DNA of 64,000 bases. Source: Candidatus Adlerbacteria bacterium (GTDB lineage Bacteria; Patescibacteriota; Minisyncoccia; Phycocordibacterales; SBAW01). Below the pieces are notes generated by a model. That model worked only from the letters and a program-made list of their open reading frames with translations. It searched no databases and had not been told where the DNA came from. Below are positions 36,186-45,398 of this stretch, piece by piece. Made by a program: the position numbers and the translations under genes. The stretch spans positions 1,446-65,445 of the forward strand of contig JARIGK010000001.1 of the NCBI GenBank assembly GCA_029288895.1. The letters are read 5' to 3'. Position 1 is the stretch's first letter. Every line of letters starts with the position of its first letter.

Positions 36186-37643
36186 TTAGAATTGGAAGTA
36201 AATAAACTGTACGCCCGAGCTGAATGAGCCCAAAAGTAAAATGGCACAAATAGCCCCTGCGTAGAGAGTCATGCGTGCAAATTCAGGAGTGCGTATGAGA
36301 CGCGGTATAAGTACGCCACGCGCGTGCAATGCTTCGACTAGCTCAAGTGCGACAATGCCCGCTAGGCCAACGATGGTTGGCCATATAGCGCTGTCCATAA
36401 ACACAACGTGGGAGAGTCCTGCGACTGACGTAAGGCTTGCAAAAAACGATGGGATGCCACGGCCAAGGCCTGCAAGTATAGAAAGTGCAATGTTGATTGT
36501 GGGCGAGCGGAAAAATACATAGGTGGTACAGACAAGAGCGAATACGGTGAGTTGTTTTAAGAATCGTGGTGTGTGGATATACGTCGAGCGCCATCTGCCG
36601 GTGAGGCCGCCGACGACGAGATACATACCATGGAGTGCGCCAAATACGACATACGTCCAATTTGCGCCATGCCAAAGGCCGATGAGTGTAAGCGTTACAA
36701 AGAGACTTGTGTAAATCCGGGTTGGTGTGATGCGTTTGCTGCTAAATACCAGTGGTTGGTAGAGATATTCGCGTAACCAACTTGTGAGCGAGATATGCCA
36801 ACGATTCCAAAAATCTGTCATTGATATTGCATGGAATGGGCGATTGAAGTTGATCATCAACTCATAGCCAAAGAATCGTGCAGCGCCCCGCGCAATGTCG
36901 GTGTAGCCAGAAAAGTCGCAATAGATCTGATAGGCAAATAGTGCTGTTGCAAGTACGAGGCTGGGCCCGGGGTACAGAGACGAGTGTGCGTACACGGCGC
37001 TCACCGCCGTGGCTATATTGTCGGCGATGACCAATTTTTTAAAGAAGCCCCAAAGCATGAGACGCGTGCCGCTTTGTGCCATCTCAAGGGAGAATTGGCG
37101 ACCTTCGACAATTTGTTTGAGCAACCCCTGCGGGCGTTCAATGGGGCCTGCAGCCAGCTGCGGGAAGAAGCTCACATATAGCGCGAACTTTCCAAAATGT
37201 TTTACAGGAGTGAATTTGCGACGGTACACCTCTATGGTGTAGCTCATGCTTTGGAATATATGGAAGGAGATGCCAATCGGCAGAATTATATTCAAAAGCG
37301 GGAAATGTGTTGCGATGCCAGCAGCGCCCAGCACTTCGTGGAGCGATGTAAAAAAGAAGTTGAAGTATTTAAAGTAGAACAAAATACCCAGGTTGGCACA
37401 TATACTTGCTGCCAAGTAGAGGCGGCGGCGGTGTTCATTCTGGTCGGCGCCCATAGCGAGGCCGGCGACATAATCTATGCAGGTAATGGCAAACAAAAGC
37501 AATCCGTAGGATGCTTTAAATGCCATATAGAAGATATAGCTTGCGATGAGCAGCGGTACCCAGCGAAAACGCTTGGGAGTAAGCATCCATAACACAAGAA
37601 CAGTTGGGAAGAAGAAGACGAAGCGTACGTCGACAAAGCTCAT
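36186..37643 (-). CDS. MBOAT family O-acyltransferase (AlgI/DltB-like)
   Basis: LPIGISFHIFQ, FFPQLAAGPIER, DFSGYTD, FWNRWHISL, GLWHGA, C-terminal FIYFQF. Confidence 0.95.
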   Translation of the reverse strand: MSFVDVRFVFFFPTVLVLWMLTPKRFRWVPLLIASYIFYMAFKASYGLLLFAITCIDYVAGLAMGADQNEHRRRLYLAASICANLGILFYFKYFNFFFTSLHEVLGAAGIATHFPLLNIILPIGISFHIFQSMSYTIEVYRRKFTPVKHFGKFALYVSFFPQLAAGPIERPQGLLKQIVEGRQFSLEMAQSGTRLMLWGFFKKLVIADNIATAVSAVYAHSSLYPGPSLVLATALFAYQIYCDFSGYTDIARGAARFFGYELMINFNRPFHAISMTDFWNRWHISLTSWLREYLYQPLVFSSKRITPTRIYTSLFVTLTLIGLWHGANWTYVVFGALHGMYLVVGGLTGRWRSTYIHTPRFLKQLTVFALVCTTYVFFRSPTINIALSILAGLGRGIPSFFASLTSVAGLSHVVFMDSAIWPTIVGLAGIVALELVEALHARGVLIPRLIRTPEFARMTLYAGAICAILLLGSFSSGVQFIYFQF

Positions 37644-37650
37644 AAGTAGA

Positions 37651-38523
37651 TTACAGAGATAATACTATCCAGTGGGAGGGGAGTAAATCGACGCTATCGA
37701 GTTTTGCGTTCCAATGCTTGGGCGCAATGGTGATGCCGGTTCTGTAATGGTCAGAAAGCCATGAGCCCCACCACCCAAAGGTGCTGTTTGCGAGAATGTG
37801 GTGGTGGCATAGGCGCATGAGTTCAAGATCCTCATAATTTTTCTCCGCGCCTTGCCCTACGAATTCAGTCGGGAATCCAGTCTTAATATGTTCTTGCGCC
37901 CAGGGTAGGTCGTCCGAAAAGACAAAAAATATTGGGTCTTCGACCCGTTCTCGTATTATGGCTATCGCCGCTTCGTAATATTCCATAGACGCTGTACCAA
38001 GTATTTTGTTAAAGCGGGGGACAGAGACGAAGTCGCCGCGGCGTACATGCAACATGACTGGTGCACGTGCAGACCGTATCTTGTGAGCCATATCCTCTGC
38101 GTAAGGGCCAAGTGGTTCTCGCAATGTAAACTCTGTACGCAAAAGAGGTTCTATCTCAAGAAAATATTTTTCTGTCTGCCAATAGCCATCCACCTCGCAC
38201 GGAGCTTCAAGGTCCATCATTTCCGGAGAAAATGTAAATTTCGGCTCAACGACATACTTGGTAGTATCAGCGAAAAAGCGATTTAAGCGCCGCCCTATGC
38301 GCCCGCTGCGTGGTTTGTATCGTACAAACTTCGCTAAATCTTCTTTAGTGGCGATGTGCTCGTCTATATTAAGGTGTCCGAGGCTGTATGAGTGATACTC
38401 ATAATTATCAAATAGCGATATATCGAGTTTTAGCTCGGTATTATTTCGGAGTGCGAGCATGCGCCCAAACGCATATTGGAACATTGTGTTGCCAAGGCCG
38501 CCTTGTAATTTCGTTATAATCAT
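37651..38523 (-). CDS. GT11 alpha-1,2-fucosyltransferase family
   Basis: GGLGNTMFQYA, GYWQTEKYF, HVRRGD, FSDD, NSTFGWWGSWL. Confidence 0.93.
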   Translation of the reverse strand: MIITKLQGGLGNTMFQYAFGRMLALRNNTELKLDISLFDNYEYHSYSLGHLNIDEHIATKEDLAKFVRYKPRSGRIGRRLNRFFADTTKYVVEPKFTFSPEMMDLEAPCEVDGYWQTEKYFLEIEPLLRTEFTLREPLGPYAEDMAHKIRSARAPVMLHVRRGDFVSVPRFNKILGTASMEYYEAAIAIIRERVEDPIFFVFSDDLPWAQEHIKTGFPTEFVGQGAEKNYEDLELMRLCHHHILANSTFGWWGSWLSDHYRTGITIAPKHWNAKLDSVDLLPSHWIVLSL

Positions 38524-38598
38524 GGACGTCGTACAGTAATTGTCGCACAGTAGGAATTTTAAATCTATGTGCTATGCTTTCCTCATACTTTAGAAAAT

Positions 38599-39621
38599 AT
38601 GGCTGCAGCAAAGAAAAAAACGGCTCCCAAAAAGCCTGCTCGTACTACTCAGAAAGGCAAGACCGCTATTATTACAGGTGTTACAGGTCAGGATGGTTCG
38701 TATCTCGCGGAACTTTTGCTCGGAAAAGGATACCAAGTGTATGGTGTTATGCGCCGCGTGTCGTCGTTTGGTTCAACAGGGAGAATTGATCATCTCCTAG
38801 ATAACCCTAATTTCCATAAAGTCTACGCAGATCTTGATGATGGCCCTTCTATAGATGCGCTTGTTGCAAAAGTTAAGCCGGACGAATTTTATAACTTGGG
38901 CGCTATGTCGCATGTTCGAGTCTCATTTGAAGTGCCGCGCTATACGATAGCGACGAATACACTTGGCGTACTCACTGCCCTTGAAGCAATCCGTCAGCAT
39001 TCTCCACACACCAAGTTCTACCAGGCCTCAAGTTCAGAAATGTTCGGCGACCCAGGTGTGCCGGTGCCATTTAATGAAAAGACGCCGATGATACCTCAGA
39101 GCCCTTATGGCGTATCAAAACTCGCGTCATATCACCTTGTGCAGCAATATAAAAACGGCTACGGACTATTTGCCACCACGGGCATTCTCTTCAATCACGA
39201 AAGTCCGCGCCGTGGAGAAAACTTTGTTACTAAAAAAATTAGCTTAGCTGTCGCACGCATCAAAAAAGGCCTGCAAGACAAACTTGAACTTGGTAACTTG
39301 GATGCGAAACGTGATTGGGGATGGTCGCCAGAATTCGTCGAGGCGATTTACCAGATTATGCAGCACGACAAACCAGATACTTTCGTCGTTGCAACGGGCG
39401 AGACGCATACGATTCGTGAGTTCGTTGAAGAAGCGTTCAAACATGTAGGACTTAACTGGAAAGACTACGTTACATTCCATGAGAAACTGTTGCGCCCAAA
39501 TGAAGTGCCTAAGCTTTTGGGTGACGCTACAAAAATCCGTAAAACACTCGGGTGGAAACCTGCAAAGAAGTTCAAAGACATAGTCCGGGAAATGGTCGAC
39601 CACGATCTTCAAAATCTATGA
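38599..39621 (+). CDS. gmd: GDP-mannose 4,6-dehydratase
   Basis: ITGVTGQDGSYL, YNLGAMSHV, YQASSSEMFG, SPYGVSK, FNHESPRRG, LGNLDAKRDWG. Confidence 0.96.
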   Translation: MAAAKKKTAPKKPARTTQKGKTAIITGVTGQDGSYLAELLLGKGYQVYGVMRRVSSFGSTGRIDHLLDNPNFHKVYADLDDGPSIDALVAKVKPDEFYNLGAMSHVRVSFEVPRYTIATNTLGVLTALEAIRQHSPHTKFYQASSSEMFGDPGVPVPFNEKTPMIPQSPYGVSKLASYHLVQQYKNGYGLFATTGILFNHESPRRGENFVTKKISLAVARIKKGLQDKLELGNLDAKRDWGWSPEFVEAIYQIMQHDKPDTFVVATGETHTIREFVEEAFKHVGLNWKDYVTFHEKLLRPNEVPKLLGDATKIRKTLGWKPAKKFKDIVREMVDHDLQNL

Positions 39622-40007
39622 TCCGCGAGTTGGTCGCTGGTGGGCAGGTTGTTGCTAAAGTCTTTGATGGGACACCCACGCAACTGGGTGTCGAAGCTGC
39701 TTCTGATGCGGCAGCGCCTTTGCAGGTATTGCGCATGCAACGCGAGAAAGGATATGTCGTTGCAAAACATGGGCATGCGCAGATGGTTCGAACAACGAAT
39801 GCACGGCAGAAAGCCCTTGTGGTGATTTCGGGTTCGATTGATGTGGTCGTGTGCGATACCAAAGGAGTCGATGGCGATGCGCATACGCTAACACCCGGCC
39901 AATGCCTGTACCTTATGGACGGCGGCTATTCGCTGACGTGCGCCGAAGATACAGTGTTTTATGAATTTAAAAACGGTCCTCATGCCGATGATAAAATAAC
40001 GCTATGA
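39618..40007 (+). CDS. cupin-fold protein (WbuC-like)
   Basis: KHGH...LVVISGSIDV...LTPGQ...FYEFKNGP; ATGA overlap with gmd. Confidence 0.65.
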   Translation: MIRELVAGGQVVAKVFDGTPTQLGVEAASDAAAPLQVLRMQREKGYVVAKHGHAQMVRTTNARQKALVVISGSIDVVVCDTKGVDGDAHTLTPGQCLYLMDGGYSLTCAEDTVFYEFKNGPHADDKITL

Positions 40008-41209
40008 ATGTAACTGCATGCCATCTGTGTGGATCGTCTAATTTAGTTAAGACTATTGATCTTGGCTTCCATCCGCTCGCCGATTTCTTTGTGAAAGAAC
40101 ATCAACTTAATGAGATGGAACGTCGCTACCCGCTATCGGTACTTCTGTGTCGAGAGTGCGGGCATTCGATGAACAGTTACGTTGTCCCGGCAGAAGTACG
40201 CTACCAGGAAAATGACTATAGCTACGATTCAAGTAATTCAAAAATAGCCATTCAGCATTTTACTGATATGGCTCGTGAGGTGAGTGAGCGGGCCGGGTCT
40301 GCGCCTGGCGATTTGGTTGTTGATATTGGAAGCAACGTGGGAACGCTTCTTGCCGGGTTTAAAGCGCTTGGGATGAGAGTGCAAGGCGTGGACCCGTCAC
40401 ACAATATTGCCGCCCTTGCAGTCGAGAACGGCATTCCAACCATTAATGATTTTTGGAGCGAGGCGGCGTCAGGAGAAATTCAAAAGCTTGGGAAAGCAAA
40501 AGTTATTACTATGACGAATGCGTTTAACCACGTGAGCGATCTCCATGCGTTTATGAAAGCGCTTGTGCCGGCGCTGCGCGATGACGGGGTGTTTGTTATC
40601 GAACTCCCGTATTACCTCACGCTACTGCTTAAATATCACTTCGATACGATTTATCTCGAGCATGTCTCGTACGTGTCTGTAAAACCTCTTATGGCATTCT
40701 TTGAGAGATTCGGTCTTACTGTCCTCCACGCAGAGGAGAATGACTATATGAGCGGTTCTGTCCGTATCTTTGTAGGCAAAGGGCAGAGCGATGCCACTGT
40801 CGCTGAACTCATAGAAAAAGAAAAAGCCGCAGGTCTCTTTGAAGAACAGACGTATATTGAATTTTGTAAAAAACTCGAAGCGCTTAAAGTGCACCTGCTC
40901 GGGGAGCTTGTTGCTGCACGGAAGGCGGGTGGCAAAATTGTAGCGATTGGTGCCGCTGCAAAAGGGAATACGCTTCTCAATTATTGCGGCATTGATCGGA
41001 CGCTTATCGATTTTGCAACGGATGCATCGCCGCTTAAAGTCGGCAAATATACTCCTGGTTCGCATTTGCCAATAAAGAGCGATGACGCGATAGACGACAC
41101 AGTGACGCACGCGCTTATTTTGGCGTGGAATATCGCTGATTTCTTGATAGGGAAGATTGGCCCAAAGCATCCTCACCTAGACTTCATTACCCCGCATGTT
41201 ATAAAGTGA
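40004..41209 (+). CDS. NDP-hexose C-methyltransferase family
   Basis: CHLCGS...CRECG zinc domain, VVDIGSNVG, FDTIYLEH, GAAAKGNTLLNY, KVGKYTPG. Confidence 0.9.
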   Translation: MNVTACHLCGSSNLVKTIDLGFHPLADFFVKEHQLNEMERRYPLSVLLCRECGHSMNSYVVPAEVRYQENDYSYDSSNSKIAIQHFTDMAREVSERAGSAPGDLVVDIGSNVGTLLAGFKALGMRVQGVDPSHNIAALAVENGIPTINDFWSEAASGEIQKLGKAKVITMTNAFNHVSDLHAFMKALVPALRDDGVFVIELPYYLTLLLKYHFDTIYLEHVSYVSVKPLMAFFERFGLTVLHAEENDYMSGSVRIFVGKGQSDATVAELIEKEKAAGLFEEQTYIEFCKKLEALKVHLLGELVAARKAGGKIVAIGAAAKGNTLLNYCGIDRTLIDFATDASPLKVGKYTPGSHLPIKSDDAIDDTVTHALILAWNIADFLIGKIGPKHPHLDFITPHVIK

Positions 41210-41213
41210 CATT

Positions 41214-41681
41214 ATGAAGATAGAAAAGAGAAAGATTAATTTTGAAGATGCTCGTGGCACCATTTCTGATATTTTTGAAAGCCAGCCCAAAGAGCACTGC
41301 ACAATCATTCATTCCAATAAAAATTCTGTCCGTGGCAACCATTACCATAAGCAGACAGTTCAGTGGGACTACATGGTGCAAGGTCGCATGCTCGCCATTC
41401 ATGAGAAGCTTGGCAGCGGTGTAGTTGAAGAACACATCTTGGAACCAGGAGACTTCGTTGAGTGGCCTGCGAACGAAGTGCATGAGTTTATCGCCCTTGA
41501 TGATGTTATTTTCATCACGTTCCACAATGGCCCGCGCGGCGGCGACAATTACGAAAACGATACATTCCGCGTTGATGTCCCGCTCCACGAACGCTTGGGT
41601 AAGAAAATCGAAAACGGTATCTTTGTAGACCCGACTTTGTACGCACGCATCGCCGCACAGCGCGCAGCAGAAGGTAAGTAA
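41214..41681 (+). CDS. cupin-domain sugar isomerase/epimerase-like protein
   Basis: FEDARG, VRGNHYHK, EVHEF. Confidence 0.8.
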   Translation: MKIEKRKINFEDARGTISDIFESQPKEHCTIIHSNKNSVRGNHYHKQTVQWDYMVQGRMLAIHEKLGSGVVEEHILEPGDFVEWPANEVHEFIALDDVIFITFHNGPRGGDNYENDTFRVDVPLHERLGKKIENGIFVDPTLYARIAAQRAAEGK

Positions 41682-43436
41682 TTATCGCTTTGTAGCGAGG
41701 TAGTCGCCAATAGCGAGCACATCTATCATCCCGCTGGTGAGGGATTTAAGCGCGTCATCTGGCGTGCATACGATCGGTTCTTCATGGACGTTGAAACTTG
41801 TATTGATAACGAGCGGTAAACCCGTGAGTTTTTTATATTCTGTAAGTAGGGCATGGAAACGCGGGTTCGTATCCTGGCGAACAAGCTGCGGGCGGGCGGT
41901 ACCGTCTACGTGTGCAACGGCAGACGCTTTTTCTACCCACTCCTTTTTCATATCAAATGTTATGGTCATAAATTCGGCAGGACGTTTCATTGATGATTTT
42001 TCCATATGAAAAAGTTCTTCCGAAGCTTCATATAAGCAGCTTGGGGCAAAGGGCATAAATTCAGTGCGCTTCATGCGATCGTTGAGCCACTTGTTTATTG
42101 ATGCGTCGGTTGGGTGTGCGAGTACGCTTCTGTTGCCAAGTGCGCGAGGCCCATATTCCATACGGCCTTGGAACCAGCCAACAATCTTTTTTTCTGCAAT
42201 CAGCGCAGCAGTTTCTTGTTCTATAGTGTCTGTTTTTCTATAGACGATTAACGATTCTGCGGAAAGCGCGCGCTCTATTGCTGCATCATCAAATTGGGGC
42301 CCAAGGTACGCATCTTTCATTCGCCGTTCTTGCGGCGTGTATGGATGCGTCCTGTGGTAGGCAAGCATTGCTGCTCCATAGGCATTGCCGCCATCGCCCA
42401 TGTCGGGGAAGACAAACAAACTCTGCACTGACGGCATTTCAGAAATACGCTGGTTGAGTTTGACGTTGGCAAAGATGCCGCCTGCAAGCACAAGGTTCTG
42501 TTTCCCAGTTTTTTGTACCCAATAGGAAATGAATTCGCACGCTCGCTGCTCAAGCGCATACTGGACCGCTGCGGCCATATCTTTTTGCGGGAGATGCGAG
42601 ATGCTGTCGATAATAATACGCCACGGGTTTGAGCTGTAAGGAATTAGTTTCAATTTCATCCGAACGCGATTATAAAATTTCCACAGCGGCGTAGAGTGCG
42701 GATATATAATCGCTCCATCTTCTACAAGGATTTGTTTCTTGAGAATCTCCCATCCTTGTTCTGGGTTTCCCAATGCTGCAAGGCCAGTAATTTTTCCTTC
42801 ATGCCGCGAAACTTTAAATCCGCAAAAACGAGTCATCTCTGAATAGAGCCAGCCCAGCGATGCAGAAGAGGGTACTGTTGTAAGTGTCTCCATCTGGCCC
42901 TTTGAGCAGACCCGCACAGAGCCGGAGCACAAGTCTCCCTCTCCATCGAGCGTTATTGCAAGTACGTCATCCTCGCCGCTTGCATAGTATGCGCTTGCTG
43001 CGTGGCACGCGTGATGGTCGAAAAATGCTATCTCAGCAGAAATGCCTACTGCCAAAAGGAGTGTGCGGATTTTTTTCTCGACATACGCTTTACACTCTTC
43101 GTCGCTTTGCACAGCCTTCCATTCTTTGTCATTAAGATAAAAATCAGGCCCAGGTTTTTCGTTTTGCAAATCGTAATACTGTTTATCTTCCGTAAGCAAA
43201 AATGCCATAGTGCGCGCCCATTCTTTTTTAAATGTACCCATCGAGACGGCAACAACATCAACTTCTTTCGGGTCGACTATCTTTTCTTTGATGATGTAGC
43301 GCAAACTTTCAAACGGAAAGCCAGTGTATGCCTTTATGCGGTTAAGGCGCTCTTCTGCAATAGAAAAAATATGCGAACCGTCGCGGATGACGGTCAGTGT
43401 ACCGTCGTGGGAAGGTGAAATGCCAAGTATGGTCAT
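41682..43436 (-). CDS. carbamoyltransferase (NodU/CmcH family)
   Basis: EERLNRIK, HHACHAASAY, EGKITGLA, GRMEYGPRALGNRS, NTSFN. Confidence 0.95.
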   Translation of the reverse strand: MTILGISPSHDGTLTVIRDGSHIFSIAEERLNRIKAYTGFPFESLRYIIKEKIVDPKEVDVVAVSMGTFKKEWARTMAFLLTEDKQYYDLQNEKPGPDFYLNDKEWKAVQSDEECKAYVEKKIRTLLLAVGISAEIAFFDHHACHAASAYYASGEDDVLAITLDGEGDLCSGSVRVCSKGQMETLTTVPSSASLGWLYSEMTRFCGFKVSRHEGKITGLAALGNPEQGWEILKKQILVEDGAIIYPHSTPLWKFYNRVRMKLKLIPYSSNPWRIIIDSISHLPQKDMAAAVQYALEQRACEFISYWVQKTGKQNLVLAGGIFANVKLNQRISEMPSVQSLFVFPDMGDGGNAYGAAMLAYHRTHPYTPQERRMKDAYLGPQFDDAAIERALSAESLIVYRKTDTIEQETAALIAEKKIVGWFQGRMEYGPRALGNRSVLAHPTDASINKWLNDRMKRTEFMPFAPSCLYEASEELFHMEKSSMKRPAEFMTITFDMKKEWVEKASAVAHVDGTARPQLVRQDTNPRFHALLTEYKKLTGLPLVINTSFNVHEEPIVCTPDDALKSLTSGMIDVLAIGDYLATKR

Positions 43437-44068
43437 GAGAGTCTCGAAACTATGCTGACTTGTTCGTCCTGTACGCGGATGATGTCGCCGCTAAGGTACT
43501 CACTCTGTTCGCCGACTAGCTGCTGTACTAGTGCTGCGACAACGTCTGGGCTTTGCTTTGTTGCTGCGTCATGGGCGATACGTTCGCGCATTGCTGTGTT
43601 TGTGGGTCCGGGACAGACAGAGAAGAATTTTTTATCGGATTTATTGCGCGCCAGTGCTTGCGCGAGAGAGTTCACTGCGGCTTTTGAAGCCGAGTATGCC
43701 GCAAGCCGCCCGTTTGCATTAATGCCCGCGGTCGAAGAAATAAATATCATGCCGCCTCCGGCAGAAATCTGGTCCATAAACACTTTTGCTATATAGAAGA
43801 GCGAAAGCGTATTTACTTCGAATGTCTTCTGCATATTTTCGGGCGTCTGTTCATCGATGCTCAAGCTGTCATCCACAAAACCGTGGGTGCAGATAAGCCA
43901 GCCGATTGCCTCCTGGTGTGCTATGCGGAGTTTTTCTACAGCAGAGAACGACGAAAGATCTGCATCTTTGTGAGAAATAGGAATGACTCTGCAGCCAGTT
44001 TTTTCTAAGGCATTCACAATCGCTGAACCTATGCCTCCTGAAGCGCCAGTAACCAGAACAGTTTTCAT
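43433..44068 (-). CDS. short-chain dehydrogenase/reductase
   Basis: VTGASGGIG, ISSTAG, YSASK. Confidence 0.92.
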   Translation of the reverse strand: MKTVLVTGASGGIGSAIVNALEKTGCRVIPISHKDADLSSFSAVEKLRIAHQEAIGWLICTHGFVDDSLSIDEQTPENMQKTFEVNTLSLFYIAKVFMDQISAGGGMIFISSTAGINANGRLAAYSASKAAVNSLAQALARNKSDKKFFSVCPGPTNTAMRERIAHDAATKQSPDVVAALVQQLVGEQSEYLSGDIIRVQDEQVSIVSRLS

Positions 44069-44077
44069 GTAGCTATA

Positions 44078-45334
44078 CTACAATGTTTTGTAGATTAGGT
44101 AGAGCGCAAGGGCTGCGCCAGCTTCCGAAAGTATGGTTGCCCACACAGCGCCCCAGAGTCCAAATAAAGGGATAAGGGCGCAGAACAAGACAAATTCTAC
44201 TGCCTGGCTTGAGAGGACGGCTACATATCGCTTCTTTATCTCGCCGTGGGCAATGATGTAGGTGTCTATAATGCCGCGCGGCTGGAACAAGATAATGAGT
44301 GCGAGTACCTGACTCACAAGAATAGATGGCAGATATTTAGGGAAGAGGAATGTAAAGAGGAAGGGAATAAGCACGATATAGCCAATCGTCCCGACTATGG
44401 CCATTACGGTTAATTGTTTGAGGCGCAAAGAGAGGCCTTTTTTTGCTTCTTCCTTTTCTTTTGCAGCAAGTTTAGGAAATAAGATAGACAAAACGTTATC
44501 AAGCAAGTTGCGAGCTTCTTGCACTGGCGTTAGCGCAAGTGCGTAGACCGCTAATGCGGTAGCACCTACGAAATGGAATAGAAGCAATTGATCTATTTGC
44601 CCGGAAATAAGAACGAAAAATCCAAGTACGCTCAGCTGTTTGCCAAACCGGACTGTATCATCAACGTCTGCATGTGATGCGTGGATATCGTATCGGCGCA
44701 AGATAATGAGATATTGGACATAGCTTGCAAGTGCGTTGGAGAAAAAGTATGCGGCTAAAATCCAGATGATGTTGTGTGTAAGGTAGAGCGTTGCGACGAT
44801 GACCGCGACAGGGAAGCCGCTGCGTGCAACCCCTTGCCAAAAGGCTCGCCCAAATTGAGCTTTTGCAAGGATGACAGATTTAGATAATCCATACCCATTC
44901 GACAATATGTTGAACAGGGCAATAAAGATAAATCCGTATCCAAGCGTCGTGTTGTGGTGATAGAAATAGTAGCCGCCAATACCTGCGCTCATAAGAGCGG
45001 CAGGTACGCTCCACCACATCATTGCTTTGACTACGCCAGGGACGACGTGTTGTTTGCCTTGTGCGACAGCGCGCATAAGAGCGCCGCTCATATTGTTGAG
45101 AGTAAATGCGCCAACGACGCTCGCGGCGGCCAGCACGTATTGATAGGTACCGAACGATTCTTGTGAAAGAAGGTTTGCGAAGGCGGTTGTGAGTATAAGA
45201 CCCATCCCAAGCGAAATGATTCTGCCTAAATTGAGCCACACATTACTTACGAAGAAGTACACCATATCCGTTTTGGTGTACTTCTCGCTCCAGCGCAGGA
45301 GGGAATAGAGGCGGGTTTTTGTCCAGGTAAACAT
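44078..45334 (-). CDS. Wzx-like oligosaccharide flippase
   Basis: About 12 TM segments, LSQESFGTYQY, GQIDQLLL, FGLWGAVWAT. Confidence 0.88.
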   Translation of the reverse strand: MFTWTKTRLYSLLRWSEKYTKTDMVYFFVSNVWLNLGRIISLGMGLILTTAFANLLSQESFGTYQYVLAAASVVGAFTLNNMSGALMRAVAQGKQHVVPGVVKAMMWWSVPAALMSAGIGGYYFYHHNTTLGYGFIFIALFNILSNGYGLSKSVILAKAQFGRAFWQGVARSGFPVAVIVATLYLTHNIIWILAAYFFSNALASYVQYLIILRRYDIHASHADVDDTVRFGKQLSVLGFFVLISGQIDQLLLFHFVGATALAVYALALTPVQEARNLLDNVLSILFPKLAAKEKEEAKKGLSLRLKQLTVMAIVGTIGYIVLIPFLFTFLFPKYLPSILVSQVLALIILFQPRGIIDTYIIAHGEIKKRYVAVLSSQAVEFVLFCALIPLFGLWGAVWATILSEAGAALALYLIYKTL

Positions 45335-45398
45335 GGGGTTACCAGCAGTATAACCGTTCTTGGAGGCAGAATGGCACATCTGTTACAATGCGGCGTAT

